Of a stretch of 55,343 bases of DNA, positions 36,135-45,720 are shown one piece after another. This stretch comes from Clostridia bacterium (GTDB lineage Bacteria > Bacillota > Clostridia > Peptostreptococcales > Anaerovoracaceae): positions 1 through 55,343 of the forward strand of contig JAKSSM010000001.1 in the NCBI GenBank assembly GCA_024403065.1. Reading direction: 5' to 3'. The notes beneath the pieces are model-generated. The model had not been told where the DNA came from and made no database searches. It was given only the letters and a program-made list of their open reading frames with translations. Within the stretch, counting starts at the first letter, position 1. The number at the start of each line of letters is the position of its first letter. Both the position numbers and the translations under genes were made by a program.

Positions 36135-37967
36135 ATGAAAAATAAGCAGCCTCTTGGAAATAGGCTCAAGTCCTATTTTTCTAAGCCTGCAAATGTCATT
36201 TGCATTATTTTCCTGGTAATACTGCTGGCTACAGTTGTACTCCCACTTCTGACTCTTTTGATCGGGTCATTCACAGTAAATGGTAATCAGGAAGCAATTT
36301 ATATCGGTCAGGGTGTGATGGATGGTGATTTCACATTCAACCACTGGAAAGAACTCCTGACAAGCAGAGATTTTGACTATGCACTTATCAAATTCTGGAG
36401 ACCACTTGGCCAGTCAACAGTCATGGCTTTACTTGCCTGTCTTGTTGCTGTAGGTTTTGGTGGTGTTGTTGCATGGTTTATAACAAGATCCGATTTACCT
36501 GGAAAGCAGTTCATTTCCACAATTTTCGTATTCCCATATATCATGCCTAGCTGGGCTATGGCCATGTTCTGGGAAAATTTCTTTAAGAACACACAGATCA
36601 ATGCTGGAGCTGGTATGCTCGAAGGTATGACAGGGATCTGTGTACCGGAGTCCTTTGTATATGGTTTATTCCCATGTGCAATGAGTTTGGGACTTCACTA
36701 TGCACCGTTTGCGTATATCCTTATCGGTGGAATACTCCGTAACATGGATGCAAACCTTGAAGAAGCTGCAACAGTGCTTAAGGCAAGCAGATTCAAAATT
36801 TTAAGAAAGGTAACACTTCCTATCGTAATGCCTGCACTTATCTCAACAGTACTTCTTGTATTCTCAAGCAGTATCAGCAGCTTCACAGTACCATTCTTCT
36901 TGAATAAAAGTAGTATCAGCAGTGGTAACAACTTCATTTCTATTTCTGTTCAGCTTCGAAGCCTCATCAATACAGGATTCACAAAGGGACAGGGATATGT
37001 ACTTGCTATCATTCTGATGCTGTTCTCTATAGGTATCCTTACATTAAACAACTGGTTTACAGGAAGCAGAAAGTCCTTCACAACAGTAACTGGAAAGTCA
37101 GGACAGGTATCTCTTGTTAAACTTGGTAAGGCAAAGCCATTTGTTGCAGCTGTTCTTTTCATCATAGTAGCATTCTTTGCAATCATGCCACTTGTGTCAT
37201 TTGCAATGGAATCAGTACTTGAAGTTCCAGGAGACTGGTCAACATTCACTTTAAGATACTGGCTTTCAAGCGAAGGATTTGAAGGCTCAAACAAGGGCGA
37301 CACTATTGGTATTTTACGTTCCAGCATCATGTGGAAGGCACTTGGACGAAGCCTGCTTCTTTCAATCATCGTTTCCCTTATTGCTGGTACATTCGGACTC
37401 TTAATCGGATACGCAGTTGCAAAGAAGAGAAACAGCAAGCTTGCAACATTTGTTTCAAACCTTGCATTCTTCCCATATCTTATCCCTGCAATGAGTTTCG
37501 GTGCAGTATACCTCGCACTCTCATATACAAAGGGATTCACATGGCTTGACGGATCATTCATCCTTCTTATGCTTGTAGGTTCAATCAAGTTTATGCCATT
37601 CGCATCCCGTACAGGAACAAGTGCTATGCTTCAGCTTTCAGGAGAAATTGAAGAAGCTGCAATTGTAATCGGTGTTCCATGGATCAAGAGAATGACAAGG
37701 GTTCTCTTCCCAATCCAGAAGGCAAGTTTCATTTCCGGATATCTTCTCCCATTCATTTCATGTATGAGAGAAATGTCACTCTTCGTACTTCTTGCAGCAA
37801 GCTATACAACTCTTGTTACAACAGTACTTCAGGAGTACAGCAGAACAGGCCTTTCACAGGCAGCAAATGCCATAAACTTACTTATTATCGTTGTTGTTCT
37901 TGTTATTCAGTTCGTTGTAAACAAACTTACTGGTGCAAGTATTGATAAGGGCGTAGGAGGTAACTAA
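36135..37967 (+). CDS. ABC transporter permease, fused double module (FbpB/AfuB/ThiP-like, about 12 TM)
   Basis: 610 aa with two EAA loops (LEEAATVLKASRFKILRKVTLP and IEEAAIVIGVPWIKRMTRVLFP). Confidence 0.8.
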   Translation: MKNKQPLGNRLKSYFSKPANVICIIFLVILLATVVLPLLTLLIGSFTVNGNQEAIYIGQGVMDGDFTFNHWKELLTSRDFDYALIKFWRPLGQSTVMALLACLVAVGFGGVVAWFITRSDLPGKQFISTIFVFPYIMPSWAMAMFWENFFKNTQINAGAGMLEGMTGICVPESFVYGLFPCAMSLGLHYAPFAYILIGGILRNMDANLEEAATVLKASRFKILRKVTLPIVMPALISTVLLVFSSSISSFTVPFFLNKSSISSGNNFISISVQLRSLINTGFTKGQGYVLAIILMLFSIGILTLNNWFTGSRKSFTTVTGKSGQVSLVKLGKAKPFVAAVLFIIVAFFAIMPLVSFAMESVLEVPGDWSTFTLRYWLSSEGFEGSNKGDTIGILRSSIMWKALGRSLLLSIIVSLIAGTFGLLIGYAVAKKRNSKLATFVSNLAFFPYLIPAMSFGAVYLALSYTKGFTWLDGSFILLMLVGSIKFMPFASRTGTSAMLQLSGEIEEAAIVIGVPWIKRMTRVLFPIQKASFISGYLLPFISCMREMSLFVLLAASYTTLVTTVLQEYSRTGLSQAANAINLLIIVVVLVIQFVVNKLTGASIDKGVGGN

Positions 37968-37968
37968 T

Positions 37969-39078
37969 ATGCCAAAAATCGTATTGGAAAATGTATGCAA
38001 GAGATTTGATGATTTCGTTGCTGTAGAAAATCTTAATATGGTTATTGAAGACCGTGAATTCATTACACTTCTTGGACCATCTGGTTGCGGAAAGACAACA
38101 ACACTCAGAATGATTGCAGGTCTTGAAACACCAACAGAAGGAAAGATTACAATTGGCGATCAGGTAGTATTTGATTCAGAAAAAGGAATCAATGTATCTC
38201 CTGCAAAGAGAGATATCGGTTTCCTTTTCCAGAACTATGCTCTCTGGCCACATATGACTGTATATCAGAACATTGCCTTTGGTCTTGAAAACCTCAAGTG
38301 GCCAAAGGACAAGATCAAGGAAAGAGTAGCTGAAATGCTTCAGATGCTCAAGATTGAAGAATTTGAAAAGAGATACCCAAGTGAACTTTCAGGTGGACAG
38401 CAGCAGAGAGTTGCTATCGCAAGAACTCTTGCACCAAGCCCTAAGGTTTTATTCATGGACGAACCTCTTTCAAACCTTGACGCAAAGCTCCGTCTCGAAA
38501 TGAGAACTGAGTTAAAGAGACTTCATGTTGACACAGACTCAACATTCGTATATGTAACACATGACCAGCTTGAAGCTATGACTCTTGCTACACGTGTATG
38601 CTTAATCAAGAACGGTGTAATGCAGCAGTATGATCACCCACTTGAAACATATTCAAACCCTGCAAATCTTTTCGTTGCTGACTTCGTAGGTAACCCTACA
38701 ATGAACTTTATTGATGCAACAGGAAAGGTAACAGGAGAAAACACAGCTGAACTCAACTTCTTTGGAAAGACATTCACACTTAACGCAAAGGGTGGATTAA
38801 AGCAGACTGAAGAAACAGAATTCGTAGTAGGTGTAAGACCTGAGTTCGTAAAGCTCGGTGAAGGTGCTCTTACAGGTAAGGTATATGCTACACTTCCAGC
38901 AGGTATGGAAACTACAGTAAAACTCGATGTTGACGGATTTGTCCTCACATCAGTAGAATTCGGTAGTGTTGACTACATGGTTAACGATGAAATTCCATTC
39001 GGAATTGATGGAGAAAACGTAATTCTCTTTGAAAAGAAATCAGGAGAAAGCCTTGGAAAGGGATGCGTTACTCTCTAA
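37969..39078 (+). CDS. ABC transporter ATP-binding protein (MalK/UgpC/PotA-like with C-terminal regulatory/TOBE-like domain)
   Basis: Walker A GPSGCGKTT, LSGGQQQR, Walker B LFMDEPLSNLD, and an about 130-aa C-terminal beta domain. Confidence 0.9.
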   Translation: MPKIVLENVCKRFDDFVAVENLNMVIEDREFITLLGPSGCGKTTTLRMIAGLETPTEGKITIGDQVVFDSEKGINVSPAKRDIGFLFQNYALWPHMTVYQNIAFGLENLKWPKDKIKERVAEMLQMLKIEEFEKRYPSELSGGQQQRVAIARTLAPSPKVLFMDEPLSNLDAKLRLEMRTELKRLHVDTDSTFVYVTHDQLEAMTLATRVCLIKNGVMQQYDHPLETYSNPANLFVADFVGNPTMNFIDATGKVTGENTAELNFFGKTFTLNAKGGLKQTEETEFVVGVRPEFVKLGEGALTGKVYATLPAGMETTVKLDVDGFVLTSVEFGSVDYMVNDEIPFGIDGENVILFEKKSGESLGKGCVTL

Positions 39079-39096
39079 ACCATTTATATGAAATCT

Positions 39097-39125
39097 ATCC
39101 CATCTTTAATAGGATGGGATTTTTC
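39097..39125 (+). terminator. Rho-independent terminator
   Basis: ATCCCATC-TTTAATAG-GATGGGAT followed by TTTTT. Confidence 0.75.
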
Positions 39126-39193
39126 ATTTAAATATTTATGAAATACTCTGATTATGATAATATATATGTGTTTTTACAGGAGATTTCATTCAT

Positions 39194-39973
39194 ATGAGAA
39201 AAAGATACATATTTTTTGATATAGATGGCACACTTGCAGCAGATGGATATGAAAATGCATATATTCCTGAATCTGCACAGCTTGCCTTAAAGAAACTTAA
39301 AGAAGCAGGTCACTTTGTTGCAATTGCAACAGGAAGAGCAGAATCCATGGCAAGAGATATTCTTGAAATGGCAGGACTCGACAATATGGTTAGTGACGGC
39401 GGCTGGGGCCTTACGATAGATGGAAAGGTTCTTTATATCAAGACACTTCCAAAGGAAGATATTATTCCCTTGGTTGAGGAATGCAAAGAAAAGGGTCTTC
39501 CATGGGGACTTCAGCTTGAAAACAGAGCACTTCGTACATGCCCTGACGACAGCTTTATGGAGTATACTCATGATACGTATATAAAGACGGTGGTAAAGCC
39601 AGATCTTGACCCTGCTAAAGTTGACAGAATCTACAAGATGTATATAGCATGTCACTATCCAAAGGAACTGGAAATTGAAGGACTCAAGACACTTCCATAC
39701 TGCAGATTCCATGAACCATATCTTTTTGTTGAACCACTGGATAAGGGAGAAGGAATAAAGGATATGCTTAAAATAGTTGGTGGAGATCCAAAGGATGTAA
39801 TCGTGTTTGGTGATGCCAAGAATGACATTTCCATGTTTCTTCCTGAATGGACAAAGGTTGCCATGGGAAATGCGTGTGATGAGCTGAAAGCAATTGCTGA
39901 CTATGTAACAACTGACGTAAAGGAAGATGGTGTATATAACGCATGTGTTCATCTTAATCTTTTTGAGGACTAG
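39194..39973 (+). CDS. Cof-type HAD-IIB family phosphatase
   Basis: Motif I FFDIDGTL and motif IV GDAKNDISMF, with a cap domain in between. Confidence 0.8.
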   Translation: MRKRYIFFDIDGTLAADGYENAYIPESAQLALKKLKEAGHFVAIATGRAESMARDILEMAGLDNMVSDGGWGLTIDGKVLYIKTLPKEDIIPLVEECKEKGLPWGLQLENRALRTCPDDSFMEYTHDTYIKTVVKPDLDPAKVDRIYKMYIACHYPKELEIEGLKTLPYCRFHEPYLFVEPLDKGEGIKDMLKIVGGDPKDVIVFGDAKNDISMFLPEWTKVAMGNACDELKAIADYVTTDVKEDGVYNACVHLNLFED

Positions 39974-39976
39974 ATA

Positions 39977-40654
39977 ATGATTAGAAACCTTATTTTTGAC
40001 GTATATGGTACACTGGTCACATCTGGAACAGGGTCGGTGGATGCGACAAGAGAAATCTTTAAAGAGTTCGGAATGGCAGATGATGCTGAAAAGATATACA
40101 GAAGATGGAAAGAACTCCATAGAGAGCACTATATCCGTCCAGCGTTCAAAACAGAACGTGATATCTATGTAGAGGACCTTGGATGTCTTTTCATGGAGCT
40201 TGGAATAGATGCTGATCCAGGTGTTAAAATAGTACCTATGCATAAATCTCTTTATGGAAGACATATGTTCCCTGATGCAGAAAAGGCCATGGGAGAAATA
40301 ATCGGGAAATACAACTGTGCTATCGGGTCTGTCACTGATGACGAGCCTTTAAGGGACTCAATTAAGGATACCGTGCTTGAAAGGATAGACCTTGTATATA
40401 CATCTGAAAGTCTAAAGGTGTATAAGCCACATTTAAGATTCTATACTGATATCCTTGAAAGTACCGGATGGAAGGTGGAAGAAACTGTATTTATTGGAGA
40501 CTCCATGGAAAATGATGTGATCGGGCCAAAGAAAGCGGGCTTAAGAGCAGTCCTTATAGATAGAAAAGGGAAGTATGACGGAAATTCAGAAGTTAAACCT
40601 GATGCTGTAATTTCCTCAATGGAAGAACTTATTTCAGTTCTTTCAGAAATGTAG
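39977..40654 (+). CDS. HAD family hydrolase (subfamily IA / haloacid-dehalogenase-like)
   Basis: Motif I IFDVYGTLV, KVYKPH and IGDSMENDVIG. Confidence 0.75.
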   Translation: MIRNLIFDVYGTLVTSGTGSVDATREIFKEFGMADDAEKIYRRWKELHREHYIRPAFKTERDIYVEDLGCLFMELGIDADPGVKIVPMHKSLYGRHMFPDAEKAMGEIIGKYNCAIGSVTDDEPLRDSIKDTVLERIDLVYTSESLKVYKPHLRFYTDILESTGWKVEETVFIGDSMENDVIGPKKAGLRAVLIDRKGKYDGNSEVKPDAVISSMEELISVLSEM

Positions 40655-40673
40655 ATAGTTTAGGAGACATAAT

Positions 40674-42995
40674 ATGAAAAGCAGAAAACTTATATCACTG
40701 TTACTTGCATTTCTTCTTGTATTTTCCATGTTTACAGCATGTGGAAAGAAAGAAGAGCCTGTTATAGAACCTCAGGAAACAATTCCAGCGTCCATAAGAC
40801 CTGAGATTGATGAGGCTGAAGTAAAGGCATTCGAGGAATATCTCGTTTCATACGAAAAACTTGATGAATATGTTGATTTCAGCAAAGTGGATATCGAAGC
40901 TGAATATGCAATCTCAAGAGTAATTGTTGAAGGTAAGCCTTTCCTTGAAGGGGCAGAGCCACTTGCGATGTGTGAAGACGGCATGGGATTCACTCTTGTT
41001 CAGTTCGGAACTCCTGAAGAAGCAAAAGCGTTTTCTGAACTTCAGAAGGAACACGGTATAACTGCTTTTGAAGATGAACTGATTCTGACATATGATGACG
41101 TAGAATATGATGAAGAACCTGTGGGACCTCTTACTCTTGAAGATATGGGATGGCTATATGAGCCTTTAGATGGTGTAAATCTTGAATCTGCACTTGGTTC
41201 ATGGGGAACAACTTACACAGGTTCACTTGCTTATGCAAACCTCATAAAGGAAAGAGGAAGAGCGGGAACTGAAATCATAGTTGCGGTAGTTGATGATGGA
41301 GTTGATGTAAATCATAAATTCCTTGCTGGAAGACTGGTGCAGGGATATAACTATATTGAAAATAACGGGATCCAGACTCCACTTTATGATCATGGGACTC
41401 ATATTGCAGGTACTATAGTAGATAATACGCCTGGTCTTAATGTTAAAATTATGCCAGTACGTTCTATTGGCTATCTTTGGGATAAACCTGCGGAAAATCA
41501 GCATAAAGAATTTGGCACAGCTACATCAATTGCAAATGGTATCAGATTTGCCGTTTACTATGGTGCATCCGTTGTAAACTGCAGTTTTGGAGGGGAACGC
41601 AGTTCGAGTGAGATATACAAGACAAATGCAATTCGTGAAGGTTTATCTAAAGGAGTAGTATTCTGTGTTGCTGCCGGAAATGATAACCAGAATACTTCCA
41701 ATATTAATCCGGGATGTCTTACTGACAAAGGTGTTATTGTAACTGCTGCTATTGACAGCGCGGGCAATAAGGCATCCTTCAGCAACTTCGGAGCGTCTGT
41801 CGATATTGCTGCGCCTGGAGTAGCTATCAGAAGTTCCCTGTTGTTTAACAAATATGGTAATATGAACGGAACATCTATGGCAACACCTCATGTAACAGCG
41901 GCTGCAGCAATGGTTAAAATAATGCATCCTGAGTTCAGTCCTGCCGATGTTGAAAACTTTCTTACAGAATATGCAACAGATGCAGGTGCACCAGGTAGAG
42001 ATGATTATTTCGGCTATGGAATTCTCAATCTCTTTGAATGTGACAGAAAGAACGAAGTTGTTGAAATTGCTGTAAGACAGCTTCCTGATGTAACAGAATA
42101 TTATCTTAATGATGAACTCAAGAGAGCAGGTCTTGTTGTAGCAGTAAAATATACTGATGGTTCAATCAAGCTTATAAGATTTACTGGAGACAGCAGAAAA
42201 GACTTTGAATATGACAATTACTGTGCTTTCTCGAATGAGAAATTCACAAAGCCGGGTAAAGCTACTGTAACAGTTGTGGTTGAAGGAAAGTCAGCAGCCT
42301 TTGAAGTAAATGTTCTTGGTGAAGAGAGACCACCATTCCCTGCACTTAAACATCTTGAAAGAAGTTCATCCAACTTCAGCATCATGTTCTCAACATTTGC
42401 GCCTGAAGCATCAGCTTACCTTGACAATGCTTCACCATTCGGATTTGGAGAAGATTTCAGCGGAGACGGACTCACTTTTGATCCTGCAACAAACACAATC
42501 ACACTTAATAATGTAAGGAGCGGTTTCCTTACAATAAGTGGAGCTGGAAATGATCTTAAGATAAAGGTTGTTGGAAGCAACACACTTAATTTCATCCATA
42601 CTGATGGATGGGATGCCGGTGGAAGCATTAAGTTTATAGGTGATGGAAGTCTTAATATCAAATGTCACCCTGATTACGGCAAGGACGCATATGGTGATAT
42701 CGAGCTTGATGGAGAGCTTACTGACTGCTGCCTTATGATCGGAAAAGGACTTGATATTACAGTTGAAAGACAGATTGGAGTATGTACAACTACTCTTAAG
42801 GATAATATTTTCCTTGAAAAGAATACTGAGTTTACCGGTAAGGTTTTAACAGTAGAAGATCCAAAGGGTACTTCTTCAAGAATCGGAGACTGGTACATAA
42901 ATATGGTTATAGATAACTGCAAGGGAACTGTTCCTATGATGTACCATACTGTAGTTACTCCAGAAAACGGGGCAATCCATATCAGCACAAGATAG
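40674..42995 (+). CDS. S8 (subtilisin-like) serine protease lipoprotein with long C-terminal extension
   Basis: Lipobox FTAC. Catalytic triad motifs VAVVDDGVD, HGTHIAGT and GTSMATPHV. About 330-aa C-terminal region of unknown fold. Confidence 0.85.
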   Translation: MKSRKLISLLLAFLLVFSMFTACGKKEEPVIEPQETIPASIRPEIDEAEVKAFEEYLVSYEKLDEYVDFSKVDIEAEYAISRVIVEGKPFLEGAEPLAMCEDGMGFTLVQFGTPEEAKAFSELQKEHGITAFEDELILTYDDVEYDEEPVGPLTLEDMGWLYEPLDGVNLESALGSWGTTYTGSLAYANLIKERGRAGTEIIVAVVDDGVDVNHKFLAGRLVQGYNYIENNGIQTPLYDHGTHIAGTIVDNTPGLNVKIMPVRSIGYLWDKPAENQHKEFGTATSIANGIRFAVYYGASVVNCSFGGERSSSEIYKTNAIREGLSKGVVFCVAAGNDNQNTSNINPGCLTDKGVIVTAAIDSAGNKASFSNFGASVDIAAPGVAIRSSLLFNKYGNMNGTSMATPHVTAAAAMVKIMHPEFSPADVENFLTEYATDAGAPGRDDYFGYGILNLFECDRKNEVVEIAVRQLPDVTEYYLNDELKRAGLVVAVKYTDGSIKLIRFTGDSRKDFEYDNYCAFSNEKFTKPGKATVTVVVEGKSAAFEVNVLGEERPPFPALKHLERSSSNFSIMFSTFAPEASAYLDNASPFGFGEDFSGDGLTFDPATNTITLNNVRSGFLTISGAGNDLKIKVVGSNTLNFIHTDGWDAGGSIKFIGDGSLNIKCHPDYGKDAYGDIELDGELTDCCLMIGKGLDITVERQIGVCTTTLKDNIFLEKNTEFTGKVLTVEDPKGTSSRIGDWYINMVIDNCKGTVPMMYHTVVTPENGAIHISTR

Positions 42996-43013
42996 ATATT
43001 AATTCGGAGGTAG

Positions 43014-43325
43014 ATGATGATAGTAACTGATATTATAAACAAAACTGAACTGGAAATGACCAGAGAAGAAATGATAGAGGCCATGGTTAAGAGTGACCGT
43101 CAGGTTGACCTCTATTTCGACTATGAGAAGAATGACTGTCCTGAAAGTCCTGAGTTCGCTTATCTCAAGTGGAACCACGAAAACTGGACAACAGTTGATG
43201 GAAAACGCTTCATCTGTTCATACTTTGTAGATGAACGTGCGCTGTCAGATTATGGCGCATATAACGTGAGCGATATAGTGAACTATTTTCTCCCTGAAGA
43301 AGCGAAGAAAATCGTTCTGGGCTAA
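43014..43325 (+). CDS. Hypothetical protein (103 aa)
   Basis: GGAGG RBS upstream. No family recognised. Confidence 0.4.
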   Translation: MMIVTDIINKTELEMTREEMIEAMVKSDRQVDLYFDYEKNDCPESPEFAYLKWNHENWTTVDGKRFICSYFVDERALSDYGAYNVSDIVNYFLPEEAKKIVLG

Positions 43326-43360
43326 AATCTGAGCCTTTTAAATCGATATCAGCTGTGACA

Positions 43361-43448
43361 AGGTCTGCACCACGTGCAGACCTTTCTTATTGCAGAGCTT
43401 ATATAGCTCTGCAATAAGAAAACGCCTATTTCGGAAATAGGCGCTTTT
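43361..43448. terminator. Three consecutive hairpins between convergent genes (bidirectional terminator cluster)
   Basis: A: AGGTCTGCA-CCACG-TGCAGACCT (43361-43383). B: CTTATTGCAGAGC-TTATATA-GCTCTGCAATAAG (43386-43418). C: CGCCTATT-TCGGA-AATAGGCG (43423-43443) followed by CTTTT. Confidence 0.75.
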
Positions 43449-43464
43449 GATTTGAGATTGTTGA

Positions 43465-44022
43465 TTATAGAAGTTCAAGTACTTCTTCTACTGTAGGCAT
43501 GTCTGCGAGGTTTTGTGCATAGTGGGAATATACGATTTTTCCGGTGCTGTCTGTAATAAACATTGCAGGAAGCTGTTCTTCGATTCCTTCGTAGTCTCCA
43601 TGAACGATACCATATTTTTTCTTTATGTCTGCCTTTGCCTGAAGCATTGGTCTTATATCGTCAGGGATGAGTTCCTTCATTGAGGAAGCGGCTTCAATTA
43701 CAAGTTCTTTGTAAATTTCAAGTTTGTTGTCGCAGATTATTTCGAAAGGCAATGCGGACTCTTCTTTAAGATCGTTTTTGATATGATCCTGGTCGCTCTG
43801 CATTACAACATATACCTGTGCGTTCTTTTCTCTGAATCTGTCGTAGTCCTGTTTTATGAATTCGATATCAAGTCTGCAGTTTGTGCATCCTATGTATCTT
43901 AATACCCAGAATACAGTTTTATCTGCTTTTTTTACTTCGTCACTTACTGACTGACCTGTTTTCCATCCTGTATTGAATATGAAGTTTGGCATCATATCGC
44001 CAACTGTAAGTTTCTTTGCCAT
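43465..44022 (-). CDS. Peroxiredoxin-like / AhpC-TSA (thioredoxin-fold) family protein
   Basis: 185 aa with a CxxC-type centre (YIGCTNC) in a thioredoxin-fold context. Confidence 0.65.
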   Translation of the reverse strand: MAKKLTVGDMMPNFIFNTGWKTGQSVSDEVKKADKTVFWVLRYIGCTNCRLDIEFIKQDYDRFREKNAQVYVVMQSDQDHIKNDLKEESALPFEIICDNKLEIYKELVIEAASSMKELIPDDIRPMLQAKADIKKKYGIVHGDYEGIEEQLPAMFITDSTGKIVYSHYAQNLADMPTVEEVLELL

Positions 44023-44195
44023 TCTATTATCTCCTTGTTAGTTTCTGAAGAGTATAATACGCCTTTTCTTTGAAAAATTCAAATCATAATAACGGTTTTG
44101 GGAGAAAGCACAACTACATATAACTTGAATGAAAAGAGGAAAAAAGATATAATAAATATGTAGATATTGAAATATTAAATGGGAAATGATAAAGA

Positions 44196-45569
44196 GTGAA
44201 AGACGTATTTACAGCTTCTGATATTCTTGAAGCAATCAAAAGATTCTATAGTGAATCCATTTTCATCACAGATGGAGAAGGCAATGTCATCTTTGTAAAT
44301 GAAATTGGTGCCCAGAGACTTGGTCCAAAAGCCAATAACATTCTTGGACGCAATGTTGATGACCTTGTTAGAGAAGGTGTTTATGGCCGTTCCACAACAA
44401 GAATCGCCATTGAAACAAAGAAGCCATATACTGCAACGATCAATCCAAAGGAAAAGGAATCCAACGTATCAAAGTCTGTTCCTGTAATTGATAAAGAAGG
44501 TAACGTCAGAATGGTAGTTACTGCAAACATGTCACTTAAGCAGAACAAGGAATGGAAGGGTATTCTTGATGAGCAGAAGGAGATTGCTGAAAGACTGAAG
44601 AGAGAAATAGACAACCTCCGTCAGAACGACAACAAGATTATTGCAAATGATCCTGAAACTAAAAAGGTATTTGCAAATATTGATATTATTGCTCCAACAG
44701 ATTCCAATGTTATTATTCTTGGAGAATCTGGAACAGGTAAGGATCTTACTGCAAGATATATTCATGAGCATTCACCAAGAAAAGATGAAGCCTTTATCTC
44801 CATAAACTGTGCAGCAATTCCAGAGCCTCTTCTTGAATCCGAACTCTTCGGATATGAATCGGGTGCGTTTACTGGAGCCTCTTCCAAAGGAAAAATGGGT
44901 CTCTTTGAAGCTGCAAATGGTGGAACCCTTTTCCTTGATGAAATCGGAGAAATGCCACTGGGCCTCCAGTCAAAGCTTCTTAATGCCATTGAAGACAAGA
45001 GCATCAGAAAAGTCGGTGGTGTAAAAAGCAAACCTGTTGATGTAAGAATAATCTGTGCAACAAATGCTGATCTTATGACTCTTGTAAAGGAAAAGAAGTT
45101 CAGAGAAGACCTCTACTATCGTATTGCTGTATTTACAGTAAGACTTCTTCCGCTTAGAGAAAGACCGGGAGATATACTTCCTCTTGCAGGCTATTTCCTT
45201 GAGGAAATGAATAAACGTCAGGGAACGTCCAAGTATCTCAGTGATGCAGCCAAAGAATCCATGCTTATGCACAGCTGGCCTGGAAATATCAGAGAATTGA
45301 GAAACGTAGTCGAAAGAATTTTTGTAATATCATATACTGATTCCCTGGACTTCCTTCCAACACCAACATTCGGAATTCCTTCGGGACTTTATGAAGCAGA
45401 CAAAGTTTTACCTATTGCAAAGTTCGACAATCTGAAAGACTATCTTGAAGATGCGGAAAAGAGATATATCGAAAGTGTTGTAGAAGAATCTGAGACACTG
45501 GTAGAAGCTGCAAGAAAACTTGGTATAGATAGAACTGCTCTTTACAGGAAACTGAAAAAGTTTAAGTAG
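44196..45569 (+). CDS. Sigma-54-dependent transcriptional activator (PAS sensor + AAA+ + Fis-type HTH)
   Basis: GTG start. Walker A GESGTGKD, GAFTGA loop (ESGAFTGA), Walker B LFLDEIGEM, R-finger region PGNIRELRN, C-terminal HTH ...AARKLGIDRTALYRKLKK. Confidence 0.9.
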   Translation: MKDVFTASDILEAIKRFYSESIFITDGEGNVIFVNEIGAQRLGPKANNILGRNVDDLVREGVYGRSTTRIAIETKKPYTATINPKEKESNVSKSVPVIDKEGNVRMVVTANMSLKQNKEWKGILDEQKEIAERLKREIDNLRQNDNKIIANDPETKKVFANIDIIAPTDSNVIILGESGTGKDLTARYIHEHSPRKDEAFISINCAAIPEPLLESELFGYESGAFTGASSKGKMGLFEAANGGTLFLDEIGEMPLGLQSKLLNAIEDKSIRKVGGVKSKPVDVRIICATNADLMTLVKEKKFREDLYYRIAVFTVRLLPLRERPGDILPLAGYFLEEMNKRQGTSKYLSDAAKESMLMHSWPGNIRELRNVVERIFVISYTDSLDFLPTPTFGIPSGLYEADKVLPIAKFDNLKDYLEDAEKRYIESVVEESETLVEAARKLGIDRTALYRKLKKFK

Positions 45570-45595
45570 GGCACCTGGCTATTTAAAATTTGAAT

Positions 45596-45658
45596 AACGT
45601 TGCAACTGTGCAACGTTAAAATGTTGCAGAAATGCAACTATGTTGCAAAGGTGCAACA
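45596..45658. promoter_or_regulatory. Three tandem inverted repeats GTTGCA-N4-TGCAAC (candidate enhancer/UAS for the sigma-54 activator)
   Basis: AACGTTGCA-ACTG-TGCAACGTT (45596-45617), GTTGCA-GAAA-TGCAAC (45623-45638) and TGTTGCA-AAGG-TGCAACA (45641-45658). Confidence 0.75.
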
Positions 45659-45680
45659 TACTAAAGTCAATGTATTTGTT

Positions 45681-45720
45681 AAATACCCTAAAAAACAGAT
45701 GTTTTTAGGGTATTTTTTTG
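45681..45720 (+). terminator. Strong rho-independent terminator between the UAS and the sigma-54 promoter
   Basis: About 15-bp stem AAATACCCTAAAAAAC / GTTTTTAGGGTATTT (one bulged A) followed by TTTTTTT. Confidence 0.8.

Noticed and set aside
39287-40264. 325-aa ORF on the minus strand spanning both HAD genes
   Set aside because: It is antisense to two ORFs with clear HAD motifs (FFDIDGTL/GDAKNDISMF and FDVYGTLV/IGDSMENDVIG). Its translation is low-complexity, rich in Phe, Ile, Cys, His and Lys, with no RBS or recognisable domain. This is a typical shadow ORF in AT-rich coding DNA.
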